A stretch of 61,838 nucleotides of DNA from Candidatus Acidiferrales bacterium (GTDB lineage: Archaea > Halobacteriota > Bog-38 > Methanoflorentales > Methanoflorentaceae), in NCBI GenBank assembly GCA_035624185.1, contig DASPRZ010000055.1:1-61838 (forward strand). Direction: 5' to 3'. The position numbers were made by a program, and so were the translations under genes. Shown piece by piece: positions 8,382-17,028 of this stretch. The stretch's first letter is position 1. Every line of letters starts with the position of its first letter. The notes under the pieces were generated by a model. The model made no database searches and was not told the origin of the DNA. It saw nothing but the letters and a program-made list of their open reading frames with translations.

Positions 8382-10775
8382 TCATTTTACCTTGTACTGT
8401 TTCAGTCGCAATGAATTGGCGACCACTGACACGGAACTGAGCGCCATTGCCCCCGCGGCAAATTCGGGCCGGAGGAATCCCAGTGCAGCAATGGGGATCC
8501 CTACTGTATTGTAGACGAGTGCCCACCCGAAATTCTGCCGTATTGTATTCATGGTCTTCTTAGAAAGCCTGATGCTCGCGATGACATCACGTAGATCATC
8601 CTTTATGAGTGTGATGTCTGACGCTTCTATGGCAACGTCCGTTCCGGTTCCCATGGCAATTCCTATGTCTGCCTGCGCTAACGCTGCCGCATCGTTGATG
8701 CCGTCGCCCACCATCGCCACCGAATGCCCCCCCTCCCGAAAGAGTTCGATTTCGGCTGATTTGCCCGGTGGAAGGACGTTGGAACGCACCGTGTTAATTC
8801 CTATCTGTCGCGCGATGGCAAGGGCGGCTGTGCGATTGTCGCCTGTGAGCATCGCCGTATTAATCCCCATATCCTGCAATGCCGCGATCACCCCCGCCGC
8901 CTCTTCTCGCACCGTGTCAGCAAGGGCGATGGCCCCTTCCAGTTTGTTATTCACCGCCAGCAGCATGACGGTTTTCCCATCAGCTTCCAGTTCCCGGACC
9001 TTCAGTTCGAGGCTAACGTGCACCCCGTGAGCGCTCATAAGCTCTCTATTGCCGAGGAGGACCTCCGTGCCATCGAGGGAGGCTATGATTCCCTGCCCCA
9101 CCACTGCTTTAAACTCTCGGGGCTCACCGAGTTGTACCCCCCGTTCATACGCGTGGTGAACCACTGCCAAAGCAAGAGGGTGCTCGGATCCCCGCTCTGC
9201 ACTCGCGGCAAGGCGGAGAATGTCCGCTTCTGAAAAGGATTCATTCCCCACGATATCAGTTACCACTAATTCACCCTTGGTGAGAGTCCCGGTCTTGTCA
9301 AACACTATTGTGTCAATGTGCTCGGCGTTCTCGAGGTACTCGCCGCCCTTTATGAGGATGCCGTTTTCTGCGCCCAGGCCGGTCCCGACCATGACAGCGG
9401 TCGGCGTCGCAAGTCCCAAGGCACATGGACACGCGATGACGAGCACGGCAACCGTTCTCAGGAGCATAAGGTTGAACGGAAGGCCTACAATGCTCCATAG
9501 CACAAAGGTGAACAGTGCTGCCGCGATCACGCCGGGGACAAAGTAATTTGAGGCCCTATCGGCGAACCGCTGTATGGGCGCTTTCGACGTTTGCGCCATA
9601 TCGACCAGTCGAATGATCTGTGATAACGCTGTTTCCGCTCCCACTTTCGTTGCCTGCACCTTCAACAGCCCCTCCTGGTTGATCGTCGCCCCAATTACTT
9701 CATCACTTGGTTGTTTATCGACCGGAATGGGTTCACCCGTGAGCATAGCTTCGTCAATCGCAGAATGTCCCTCAACAATGACGCCATCGACGGGTATCTT
9801 CTCACCGGGCCGTATGAGGAGGGTATCCCCTACTCGGACATCATCTGTGGGTATTTGATTTTCTCCTCCGTCCCGCACCACTGTCGCATATTCTGCTTTT
9901 AACTTCAGGAGCTTTCGAATCGCCTCAGAGGTTCCACCTTTCGCCCGCGCTTCAAGGTAACGGCCGAACAACACAAACGCGAAGATAAAGACAGACGTGT
10001 CATAATACGTGTCACCGTGAATGACAAAGGTTGCTGCAACGCTGTACGCGTAGGCGGCTATGGTCCCCAATGAGATGAGGACGTCCATGTTTGCCCCTTT
10101 ATGGATAAGCGAGATGATCGCCCGCTTGTAGAAGCCATAGCCGATGATGATCATGACCGGGGTGGTCACCGCAAACTGGAACACGCTGTCCATGAGGATC
10201 ATCGGGATAAACGGAAGATAGGGTGCAAGCATCGCGAGCAAGAGCGGTATCCCAAAAATGAGGGTGAAAATAAGCTGATTGCGGTAGCCCGTAATCTCAC
10301 GTTCTCGAAACGCCTTCTCTCTATCTAAACGGACCGTTTCGGCTTCGACATCCGGAACTTCCACCACGTCATAGCCCGTGTCTCGTATCGTTTGAATAAT
10401 CGTATCTACGGTCACGACTGATGGATCGCGTTCGATTACCGCTTTGGCCGTCACCGGGTTAATGCTCACGTCGATGACGCCGGGCACTCCTTTCAGGGCA
10501 TTTTCGATTGCCGTAATGCAGGCAACGCACGTGATGCCCGCGATGTCAAGTTCCGTCCTTTCGATATCGACATCATACCCCACATCCCGAACCGCCTGTG
10601 CGAGTTGCTTTGGGGCTATTTTATCCGGATCGTAAGCCACAGTTGCCTGTGCTAATGCGAAGTTGATTGTCGCGTGTGTTACGCCCTCTTGATCTAACAG
10701 CTGCTTCTCGATCGTGAGCGCGCACATCGTGCAGGTCATGCCGAGGACTTTAAACGTGATGGTAGTTTCTGCCAT
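8382..10775 (-). CDS. copA: Cu(I)-exporting P1B-type ATPase CopA
   Basis: Two N-terminal HMA domains (GMTCTMC, GITCVAC), CPC motif [25 protein letters not shown]. Confidence 0.95.
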   Translation of the reverse strand: MAETTITFKVLGMTCTMCALTIEKQLLDQEGVTHATINFALAQATVAYDPDKIAPKQLAQAVRDVGYDVDIERTELDIAGITCVACITAIENALKGVPGVIDVSINPVTAKAVIERDPSVVTVDTIIQTIRDTGYDVVEVPDVEAETVRLDREKAFREREITGYRNQLIFTLIFGIPLLLAMLAPYLPFIPMILMDSVFQFAVTTPVMIIIGYGFYKRAIISLIHKGANMDVLISLGTIAAYAYSVAATFVIHGDTYYDTSVFIFAFVLFGRYLEARAKGGTSEAIRKLLKLKAEYATVVRDGGENQIPTDDVRVGDTLLIRPGEKIPVDGVIVEGHSAIDEAMLTGEPIPVDKQPSDEVIGATINQEGLLKVQATKVGAETALSQIIRLVDMAQTSKAPIQRFADRASNYFVPGVIAAALFTFVLWSIVGLPFNLMLLRTVAVLVIACPCALGLATPTAVMVGTGLGAENGILIKGGEYLENAEHIDTIVFDKTGTLTKGELVVTDIVGNESFSEADILRLAASAERGSEHPLALAVVHHAYERGVQLGEPREFKAVVGQGIIASLDGTEVLLGNRELMSAHGVHVSLELKVRELEADGKTVMLLAVNNKLEGAIALADTVREEAAGVIAALQDMGINTAMLTGDNRTAALAIARQIGINTVRSNVLPPGKSAEIELFREGGHSVAMVGDGINDAAALAQADIGIAMGTGTDVAIEASDITLIKDDLRDVIASIRLSKKTMNTIRQNFGWALVYNTVGIPIAALGFLRPEFAAGAMALSSVSVVANSLRLKQYKVK

Positions 10776-10936
10776 TCGAAAGCCTAGTTAGTTTAGTAAC
10801 GCATTTATTTATGCTAAATCATGATAGATAACGATTTGAAGCTACCGTCATCAACATTTTTTACCTTAATTACCTACTTCGGCACTCCGCTGGCGCTGTT
10901 CAGCTCCGTCTCGATCTGATACGCGCTCCAGTCACT

Positions 10937-11122
10937 TCACACTTGCCAGAATGCCACTACTCTTTCGACGTTTATGTAATCTCTACGGTTATCGTGCTCA
11001 AGAATTATCACGCCGTCAGCGCTTCCAACCACTTTCCCTTTAAGAGTTTCATTCGGTCTTCCCCCGAAATATACCTCAATCTCCTTGCCGTAGAAATGCT
11101 CGGAAACAGTTTTGTCCAGCAC
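10937..11122 (-). CDS. 61-aa conserved small protein upstream of copA (Sm-like/beta-barrel-like, function unknown)
   Basis: GTG start 7 nt after AGGAGGTG; the track's longer start is unlikely. 61-aa paralog at 51068..51253 sits upstream of the copA pseudogene. Confidence 0.65.
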   Translation of the reverse strand: MLDKTVSEHFYGKEIEVYFGGRPNETLKGKVVGSADGVIILEHDNRRDYINVERVVAFWQV

Positions 11123-11322
11123 GGGGCAGCACCTCCTCATAAAATTACCAATAATTTCTTGTTAACTGCACATGTGGTATTAGCTTTTCTTGTGCTCGTG
11201 AAAGACAGCGGTTCGGAGCACGAGGATGGTGTCAGTATACAAGGGGATTAAATGTTGATTACTCTCACTTAATTGGGTGCAGATAGCGATACAAACGAAG
11301 TGAAATTGAAAGAGGTATTAAA

Positions 11323-11574
11323 ATGACTGAGAAAATAAACGTGGAGGGGCTTCAATTAAGAATTTTGCAACTTGAGGGGGAACTGGAAACCATACATGAG
11401 CGGATAAGTCAAAGGGGACTTAAGGAAATTTTCGAAACGACGCTCGAAGTCGAGGATAGTGACCGGCTCACAGGACAAGTTGTCGCCACGGTCGACGCAT
11501 GGAGAACCTGCCTGCTTCAGTTTAGAATAAAGTTATCGAAGCTGCAAAAAGAGGCAGAATCGGAATTCTTCTAA
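11323..11574 (+). CDS. hypothetical coiled-coil-like small protein
   Basis: 83-aa ORF with an AGAGGT RBS. A decayed copy of its 3' end lies at ~25850..25940. Confidence 0.45.
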   Translation: MTEKINVEGLQLRILQLEGELETIHERISQRGLKEIFETTLEVEDSDRLTGQVVATVDAWRTCLLQFRIKLSKLQKEAESEFF

Positions 11575-11725
11575 GTTTGGATCTGCATGTACCACCATAG
11601 CAGTGACGCTCAGAAAGAGTTTAATGTCATGGTGTAGCGTGAACGCTTTCCACCGTGACATAGCTGCCAGAGTTCACGCAACTCCTGAACGCAGCACAGA
11701 TATTGGTAGTTCCTTTGTTATCTGC

Positions 11726-12067
11726 CTATGACTGCACTTGTAGGCGTCGCATCCTCAGCTTCTGTGCTCTGTTTCCATAGATCGCGTTGCACCGGATTGC
11801 TGCGTCCCATGCATCTGTTTCTGTGAAATAGGCTTTTAAAAACTTCTCACAGTAGAATATGGGAACATCATTGCATGTTATGTGCGCGAAATTATCGCTG
11901 CTCAGTAATTCTAATTCGCACCTGCCACACGTAGTGTCTTGGACCCGTTTGATGAGTATACCGAACAGCTCATTAAAATCATCAGTTCGGGTCTCTTGTG
12001 GTGGATAGTTATCCATTGCTATTGTCCGCAGTTTTGGTCCCTGTTTGATGTGGTCACTCATTGTCAT
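11726..12067 (-). CDS. hypothetical Cys-containing protein
   Basis: 113-aa ORF. A decayed copy of its 3' end lies at ~23390..23470. Confidence 0.4.
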   Translation of the reverse strand: MTMSDHIKQGPKLRTIAMDNYPPQETRTDDFNELFGILIKRVQDTTCGRCELELLSSDNFAHITCNDVPIFYCEKFLKAYFTETDAWDAAIRCNAIYGNRAQKLRMRRLQVQS

Positions 12068-12195
12068 TGCTCTTCATTGTCAATAAAAGAGCGCCAGCAG
12101 GTTAAGCAGACATTGCGCCCGGTCCGACTTCTTCAAGCGCAACATCAGCACTCCCAGGAGGGTTAAATGGGATAAGCTTAAGCGTGTGCTGGATT

Positions 12196-12247
12196 ATACC
12201 ACCACACTGAGAACGCGGATGTCGGATGATACCACCACACTGAGAAC
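12196..12247. repeat. Direct repeat ATACCACCACACTGAGAAC x2 (33-bp period)
   Basis: Two exact 19-bp copies at 12196..12214 and 12229..12247, upstream of ORF 11726..12067. Confidence 0.85.
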
Positions 12248-12316
12248 ATCGTGGGTAACCTTGGAATGATGTTAGAATTGATTCCATCTACTGGTATCTG
12301 CTTGTTAAAACCTATG

Positions 12317-12517
12317 TCAACAAAGACCCCTCCCTGCAGAGTCATACGCATGATTCACATTCCTAAATTCAAGTCCGACTTTCTCGCCAGCTCCCAGAGA
12401 TGTCGTCAGTAGAACTGTGGCCACTGATGTTGCTGAAAGAACTGACATGACGCTCATCAAGAGTCCCGATTTATGCTTCGAGGTTGTTGGTTTGGGTATT
12501 TTGGTTTTGGCAAACAT
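12317..12517 (-). CDS. hypothetical small membrane/secreted protein
   Basis: 66 aa with one hydrophobic segment. Divergent from the BlaI-like gene and shares the operator-bearing intergenic region. Confidence 0.35.
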   Translation of the reverse strand: MFAKTKIPKPTTSKHKSGLLMSVMSVLSATSVATVLLTTSLGAGEKVGLEFRNVNHAYDSAGRGLC

Positions 12518-12558
12518 TGGTTTACACCAACTGTAAATTATATCACTCGCATATAAAC

Positions 12559-12575
12559 TTTACGTTTAGTGTAAA
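12559..12575. promoter_or_regulatory. TTTAC-N7-GTAAA operator-like palindrome
   Basis: TTTACGTTTAGTGTAAA in the divergent promoter region. Confidence 0.55.
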
Positions 12576-12624
12576 TATAGTCTACATGGTAAAGTGGCGT
12601 TGCGAAATATTGAAATAGAATAAC

Positions 12625-12641
12625 TTTACAATATATGTAAA
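12625..12641. promoter_or_regulatory. TTTAC-N7-GTAAA operator-like palindrome (extended ACTTTACAatataTGTAAAGT)
   Basis: Ends 10 nt before the ATG of the BlaI-like gene. Longest perfect palindrome of the set. Confidence 0.6.
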
Positions 12642-12650
12642 GTGTAAAAG

Positions 12651-13016
12651 ATGGTAAAACTCGAGCGTATTAGCCTCCGAAATGAAGGGCTTAAAAAGTT
12701 CTTCAGCTCTAACGAAGTCAGGATACTGGAGTTGCTCTGGAAGAAGCAACCACTAACCTCAGCGCAGATACAAAGGGAATGTGAGGATCTTTCCCTCGCC
12801 TGTGTAGCGGGTACCCTTGACAGACTAGTGAAGAGTGGTTTCGTGGAAAGAAAAGTCGACGAGAGCGAAACAAGAGTGCGCTACATCTACTCCCCGACGT
12901 GCACCCAGGATGAACTCGGCGTGAGGATATCAGAGCACGTAGTCGACTGCCTCATCGACACTTTTGGCACTGCTGTTGTGAGCAGCATCGGAAAAGCTCG
13001 GGGGAAACGCAGCTGA
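12651..13016 (+). CDS. BlaI/MecI/CopY-family winged-helix transcriptional repressor
   Basis: 121 aa. The N-terminal pattern FSSNEVRILELLWKKQPLTSAQI is typical of the penicillinase-repressor family. Followed by an M56-type protease gene. Confidence 0.85.
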   Translation: MVKLERISLRNEGLKKFFSSNEVRILELLWKKQPLTSAQIQRECEDLSLACVAGTLDRLVKSGFVERKVDESETRVRYIYSPTCTQDELGVRISEHVVDCLIDTFGTAVVSSIGKARGKRS

Positions 13017-13153
13017 CTGCGCTGGATTGCTTCTTACGTTGTCTCACCCAACTTAACATACTGCTCCCATTTTCTCTCATCATAGCCTCATCGCTCTCTC
13101 TTTTCGTCCTCTTTTTCAAACTGAGGAAATATGAATTCCTCCTCGGGGGCCAG

Positions 13154-13684
13154 ATGGCAGTTACGGTGTCAATAGTGTTTGGTCTAATTTCAATGACGTG
13201 CCCTATGTATCAGTGGATATGGATTTATTCTGGGAGCGTCTCTTCAGGTATACTTGCGCTTACGCTGGTCAGGTACTGGGTGGCAAAAGAAGCTCGCAAG
13301 AACACAGTACCCCTCACCTCTTATGTCTTGCCGCTGGAAAAAGAATTTGGGGTACCGGTGCGGGTAATTGACACTCAGAAGATGCGGGCATTTGTCCACG
13401 GGGAGGCTGCCTATCTCTCGGTGGGGCTCCTAGAACATCTTAATTGGGATGAAGTGAGGGCTGTGGTGGCGCACGAAGTGTACCATTTAAAGCACAGCCC
13501 AGACAAGTTAATCTCTTCATTGCTGGCGCTGACTTCCTTAACCTTTAAGCCATATGATGACGAGCATCTGGCTGATAAGTACGCGGCAAAGGTCGCAGGA
13601 GAAGATAACCTTGCGAGGGCCCTCGAGAAACTGGAAATAGCAGGTAATGTACAGCGGATTAAAGATATTTTCAAAAGCAATTGA
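13154..13684 (+). CDS. M56 (BlaR1-like)/M48 zinc metalloprotease, short membrane-anchored form
   Basis: Two N-terminal hydrophobic segments and the motif VAHEVYHLKHSPD (HExxHxxxxD). The frame stays open and hydrophobic upstream to ~12914 without an ATG/GTG/TTG, so the start is uncertain. Confidence 0.75.
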   Translation: MAVTVSIVFGLISMTCPMYQWIWIYSGSVSSGILALTLVRYWVAKEARKNTVPLTSYVLPLEKEFGVPVRVIDTQKMRAFVHGEAAYLSVGLLEHLNWDEVRAVVAHEVYHLKHSPDKLISSLLALTSLTFKPYDDEHLADKYAAKVAGEDNLARALEKLEIAGNVQRIKDIFKSN

Positions 13685-13826
13685 TGTGTGACTTTACGCT
13701 CTCGATTGGGATTGAGATTTGTAACCATCCATTGACGCACGTCAGGACCGAATTCACGCCTAACTAAAAGGTGCCAGCGCGTGTTGAATTTGCCCAGATG
13801 AAACGTAATATATAGTTATTAATGAC

Positions 13827-13843
13827 TTTACACTAACCGTAAA
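13827..13843. promoter_or_regulatory. TTTAC-N7-GTAAA operator-like palindrome (TTTACACTAACCGTAAA)
   Basis: Upstream of the Cys-pair peptide gene. Its core is nearly identical to site 7623. Confidence 0.55.
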
Positions 13844-13863
13844 TTATATATTCTGTCACTGAC

Positions 13864-13880
13864 TTTACAGTCATTGTAAA
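13864..13880. promoter_or_regulatory. TTTAC-N7-GTAAA operator-like palindrome (TTTACAGTCATTGTAAA)
   Basis: Second site upstream of 13942. Followed by hairpin 13881..13907, which begins ATGTAG. Confidence 0.55.
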
Positions 13881-13941
13881 TATGTAGACTTGTCCGAAGA
13901 CTACATATTACAAACTCCTACAAACTCTAAGAGGTGAAAAC

Positions 13942-14202
13942 ATGAAAAACAGAGTAAAAATGTTCCTTACAGCATTTCTCGTCTTGAGTGTGTTTGGCAT
14001 AATGATAGCACAGACAGCAAGCGCTGCTGTCCCGCCAGCAAGCACTTCGGCGGCCTGCTGTCCCGGTGGCCCATGCTGTCCCGGTGGCGCTTGTTGCGGT
14101 GTAAAGGTAACGAGTTCTATTGCCGCCCCAACAATCATTTCGACGCTCTGCTGTCCCGGTGGCCCATGCTGTCCCGGTGGCGCCTGTTGCCACGTAAAGT
14201 AA
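13942..14202 (+). CDS. secreted peptide with two CCPGGPCCPGGACC repeats (12 Cys in six vicinal pairs)
   Basis: GAGGTGA RBS. Signal peptide MKNRVKMFLTAFLVLSVFGIMIAQTASA. 93-bp internal duplication (14055.. and 14148..). Confidence 0.7.
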   Translation: MKNRVKMFLTAFLVLSVFGIMIAQTASAAVPPASTSAACCPGGPCCPGGACCGVKVTSSIAAPTIISTLCCPGGPCCPGGACCHVK

Positions 14203-14324
14203 ACGAGCACCATAGCGGGTTGTAAAACAGTTGAACCCACTTGTTGTGCATCGTACTTTTTCTTTTTTTAGCGTTAGGGAAACCTTAAGTAGTCGTAAAC
14301 TTCGAGACCGCATTTAGTGTTAGC

Positions 14325-14660
14325 GTGATGCCAACATTGATAGCGTGGACACGGTCTACAACAGTAAGCGATAAGATCCAGAGGCGGGCAACGGAAGGTT
14401 ACGTGCTCAGTGCACTCCATGATATCCTTCAAGAAGGTGTGAAAGGCGAAACGTCCCGTCGTGTCATGCGCGAGAAATTTGATGAAGAGCTATATCGTCG
14501 GAGGAACCTGGTAGAAACGGTGTTCTCTGTGTGACAGAGAAGCGGGTATTCGGTGAGGTGAATCACAGCAAGAGTGACCGGTTGGGGAGCAAGGAGAGCC
14601 GGTTGAGAGATGTCTGCTCTGTTATACTCTCTACTGGTATTGTAGAAAGGTTATGGTAGT
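14325..14660 (+). pseudogene. IS5/IS4-type DDE transposase C-terminal remnant (frameshifted)
   Basis: YRRRNLVETVFSV, then after a shift TEKRVFGEVNHSKSDRLGSKESRL. No N-terminal catalytic part is present. Confidence 0.55.
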
Positions 14661-14825
14661 TGTTGTGAAGGATTTCTACAGAGCCACCAACTCTTCTATA
14701 TCTTTACAATCTCTTACCCCGTTTTCCTCGGCATCGATAAAAGTAGACGCCCATAAAGAGCGGCCAACAGTTTTAAACTTGTAGTATTTAATGCCCATTA
14801 AAACTGTAAAGGAGGTGATAGCACC

Positions 14826-15047
14826 ATGATGAAAGTTCCTATGAACCAAGATACGAAGACGATGTGCGTCTGCCCGAGCTGTCCCACATTTATGGGAAAC
14901 AATCTCATGACTGGGGTGTTTTGCTCGACAGGTGAGACTGACAAAATGCAACACATGAAGGGATGTAATTGCCCGGGATGTAAAGTGCATGATATGTACG
15001 AGCTCAATGGAGGCAAACACACGTGTGGGTGTTGCTGGTGCGGCTGA
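14826..15047 (+). CDS. DUF2769-like Cys-rich small protein
   Basis: AGGAGGTGA RBS. Motifs CVCPSCPTF, FCSTGE and CNCPGCKVH match the remembered family pattern. Confidence 0.75.
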   Translation: MMKVPMNQDTKTMCVCPSCPTFMGNNLMTGVFCSTGETDKMQHMKGCNCPGCKVHDMYELNGGKHTCGCCWCG

Positions 15048-15119
15048 CGAACGTCAAGTGTATGCTTCCAACGAGCTCAATGGAGCATAGACTTATACGA
15101 TGAACGCCCATAACTGCAA

Positions 15120-15188
15120 GCCAGTAAGAGGAGTCGAACCGGGATACTCGCTCTTCAGGGGGCTGCTTAGCCATCTCATCCTGCTGGC
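15120..15188 (-). pseudogene. degenerate tRNA-Cys-like copy (anticodon position reads GAA; D, anticodon and T stems broken)
   Basis: Aligns over its full length with the tRNA at 30782..30852. About 115 bp of upstream sequence (to ~15305) is also homologous to 30853..30975. Confidence 0.6.
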
Positions 15189-15576
15189 ATCTTTTCACTA
15201 TCAATACGTCTCCTTCTATGTCCGGTACATAATAATACGTCTTATTACGACAAAATTTGTTTACAACTCGCTATTATCTTCAATTCATGCGGTGTCGTAC
15301 AGCACTTGATAATGTACGGTACGTTATAACCTGTTTTTTGTTTGGCTCTACGCGGGAAGAGGCTCTTGCGCTTTTACTGATGTCGCTTAACAATCTACCA
15401 TAGGTTGGTCTTATTATTGGTTGATCTACTTTCTTATGTATAGTCAAGGATTGCCGCTACGCCAAAGTATAACAGTGGGCATGGCTATAGATCCTGTTAT
15501 GACTCTGTTATGGAGGCAAGCGTAGATGTTTCTAGTAAATGAGGTCGCATTTATTGATGGCGTAAGGATCAATGAG

Positions 15577-15685
15577 AGTTCAATCCTTGTTCTAATGAAT
15601 ACTGCTTGTAAATTCATTGTTACTCGCATCCCCATCGGTAGTGAAAGTTCCAATCCTTGTTCTGGTGGATGCTGCTTTTAAATTC
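15577..15685. repeat. Imperfect tandem duplication (~69-bp period, 2 copies) containing AATCCTTGTTCT
   Basis: AGTTCAATCCTTGTTCTAATGAATACTGCTTGTAAATTC versus AGTTCCAATCCTTGTTCTGGTGGATGCTGCTTTTAAATTC. Confidence 0.6.
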
Positions 15686-15989
15686 GGTTTTTTAACGTGA
15701 TAGGCTTCGTAGATCAAGTGCTTCTTGTAGAAATAGTCGGGTTTGCGTAGAAAAAATGGCCCTGTTCTTAGACTTAATGTACAAAGCCATTTGTTTGGAT
15801 TTTTGTTAAAAAAGTCCAACGTGTTCAAAAATCGGCTTTTTCTTATTTAACAAAACCGCTCCAAGGAACAAATGACCGGGACTGGGATGAATGACATCAT
15901 CAAAGTGCTCAGATAACTTCGGCAACAAATGCTAAAGACAATAACTTCAAGTTGTATCTATGCAATTTATTCTGAATAAACTTGCTTGA

Positions 15990-16135
15990 ATGGCAGAAAC
16001 CACTATCACGTTTAAAGTCCTCGGCATGACCTGCACGATGTGCACGCTCACGATTGAGAAGCAGCTGTCAGACCAAGTGGGAGTAACACACGCGACGGTC
16101 AGTTTGCATTAGCGCAAGCTATTGATTACGCAACA
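15990..16135 (+). pseudogene. copA 5' remnant (first HMA domain only)
   Basis: [26 protein letters not shown]... is nearly identical to the copA N-terminus, then a stop/frameshift. Its upstream ~70 bp also resembles the copA promoter region. Confidence 0.8.
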
Positions 16136-16218
16136 CAGCCTAATGTTACATAAAAATAGGGTGTGTATCAAAACCTTTAAAATGTTGTATAATCGGGTCA
16201 ACGAAAATTTTAAAAATC

Positions 16219-17016
16219 CTAAACGTTCACATCAGGTGCTTGTGGTGTGCCGGATTTCAAGCCAAATTCCTGATAGATGCGGTCCCTTATCAAGCCGAAA
16301 TCTCTGCCGGTTCTTCCGCGAGGTCTCTTAAGCGATACAGTGAGTATTGTACTTATACGCCCCGGAGGGGGGGTCATGATAACTATCCTGTCTGCTAGAG
16401 AGATCGCCTCGTCGATATTATGGGTAACGAATATGAACGTTCGTTTCTTTTCTTGCCACAGACTTACGACCTCTTCCTGCATTTTCATGCGGGTTATTGG
16501 ATCCAGCGCTGCGAAAGGCTCGTCCATGAAGAGTACATCCGGGTCTACAGCCATAGCTCTAGCGATCGCAACCCGCTGCTTCATCCCGCCCGAGAGTTTT
16601 GGTGGGTGGCAATTGGCGAATTTCTCAAGCCCTACCAGTTGGATATATTTCTGGGCTATTGCTTCTCGTTCTTTTGTAGGGATTCCTTTCGCTTCAAGAC
16701 CATACTCGACGTTTTCCTGGACAGTTCTCCATGGAAATAAACTATATTCTTGGAAGATGGTGATAAATTTTGGATTGGTGTCTTTCACTACTTGGCCGTC
16801 GATTGTGATCTCTCCTCTGGACGGCTGCTCAAAGCCAGCAATCAAGTTAATCAAAGTAGTTTTACCACAGCCGCTTGGTCCTACTAGGCACAAAAACTCG
16901 CCTTCCATGATGTCTAGATTAATACCTATAAGGGCAGTTTGAGCTGTCCCATTACCATTTGTATAATTTTTTTCTACTCGATGAACCCGGATCTTTATAG
17001 TTGACATAATGATCAC
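16219..17016 (-). CDS. ABC transporter ATP-binding protein, NitT/TauT family
   Basis: [23 protein letters not shown]. Last gene of the cooS-led gene string. Confidence 0.9.
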   Translation of the reverse strand: MIIMSTIKIRVHRVEKNYTNGNGTAQTALIGINLDIMEGEFLCLVGPSGCGKTTLINLIAGFEQPSRGEITIDGQVVKDTNPKFITIFQEYSLFPWRTVQENVEYGLEAKGIPTKEREAIAQKYIQLVGLEKFANCHPPKLSGGMKQRVAIARAMAVDPDVLFMDEPFAALDPITRMKMQEEVVSLWQEKKRTFIFVTHNIDEAISLADRIVIMTPPPGRISTILTVSLKRPRGRTGRDFGLIRDRIYQEFGLKSGTPQAPDVNV

Positions 17017-17028
17017 TGAATTGAAGCT

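Noticed and set aside
15577-15685. Possible CRISPR remnant, because the repeat ends resemble ATTGGAAC-type repeats on the reverse strand.
   Set aside because: There are only two copies, which diverge at more than 5 positions. The period is ~69 bp, and there are no further units, leader or cas genes. It is treated as a tandem duplication.
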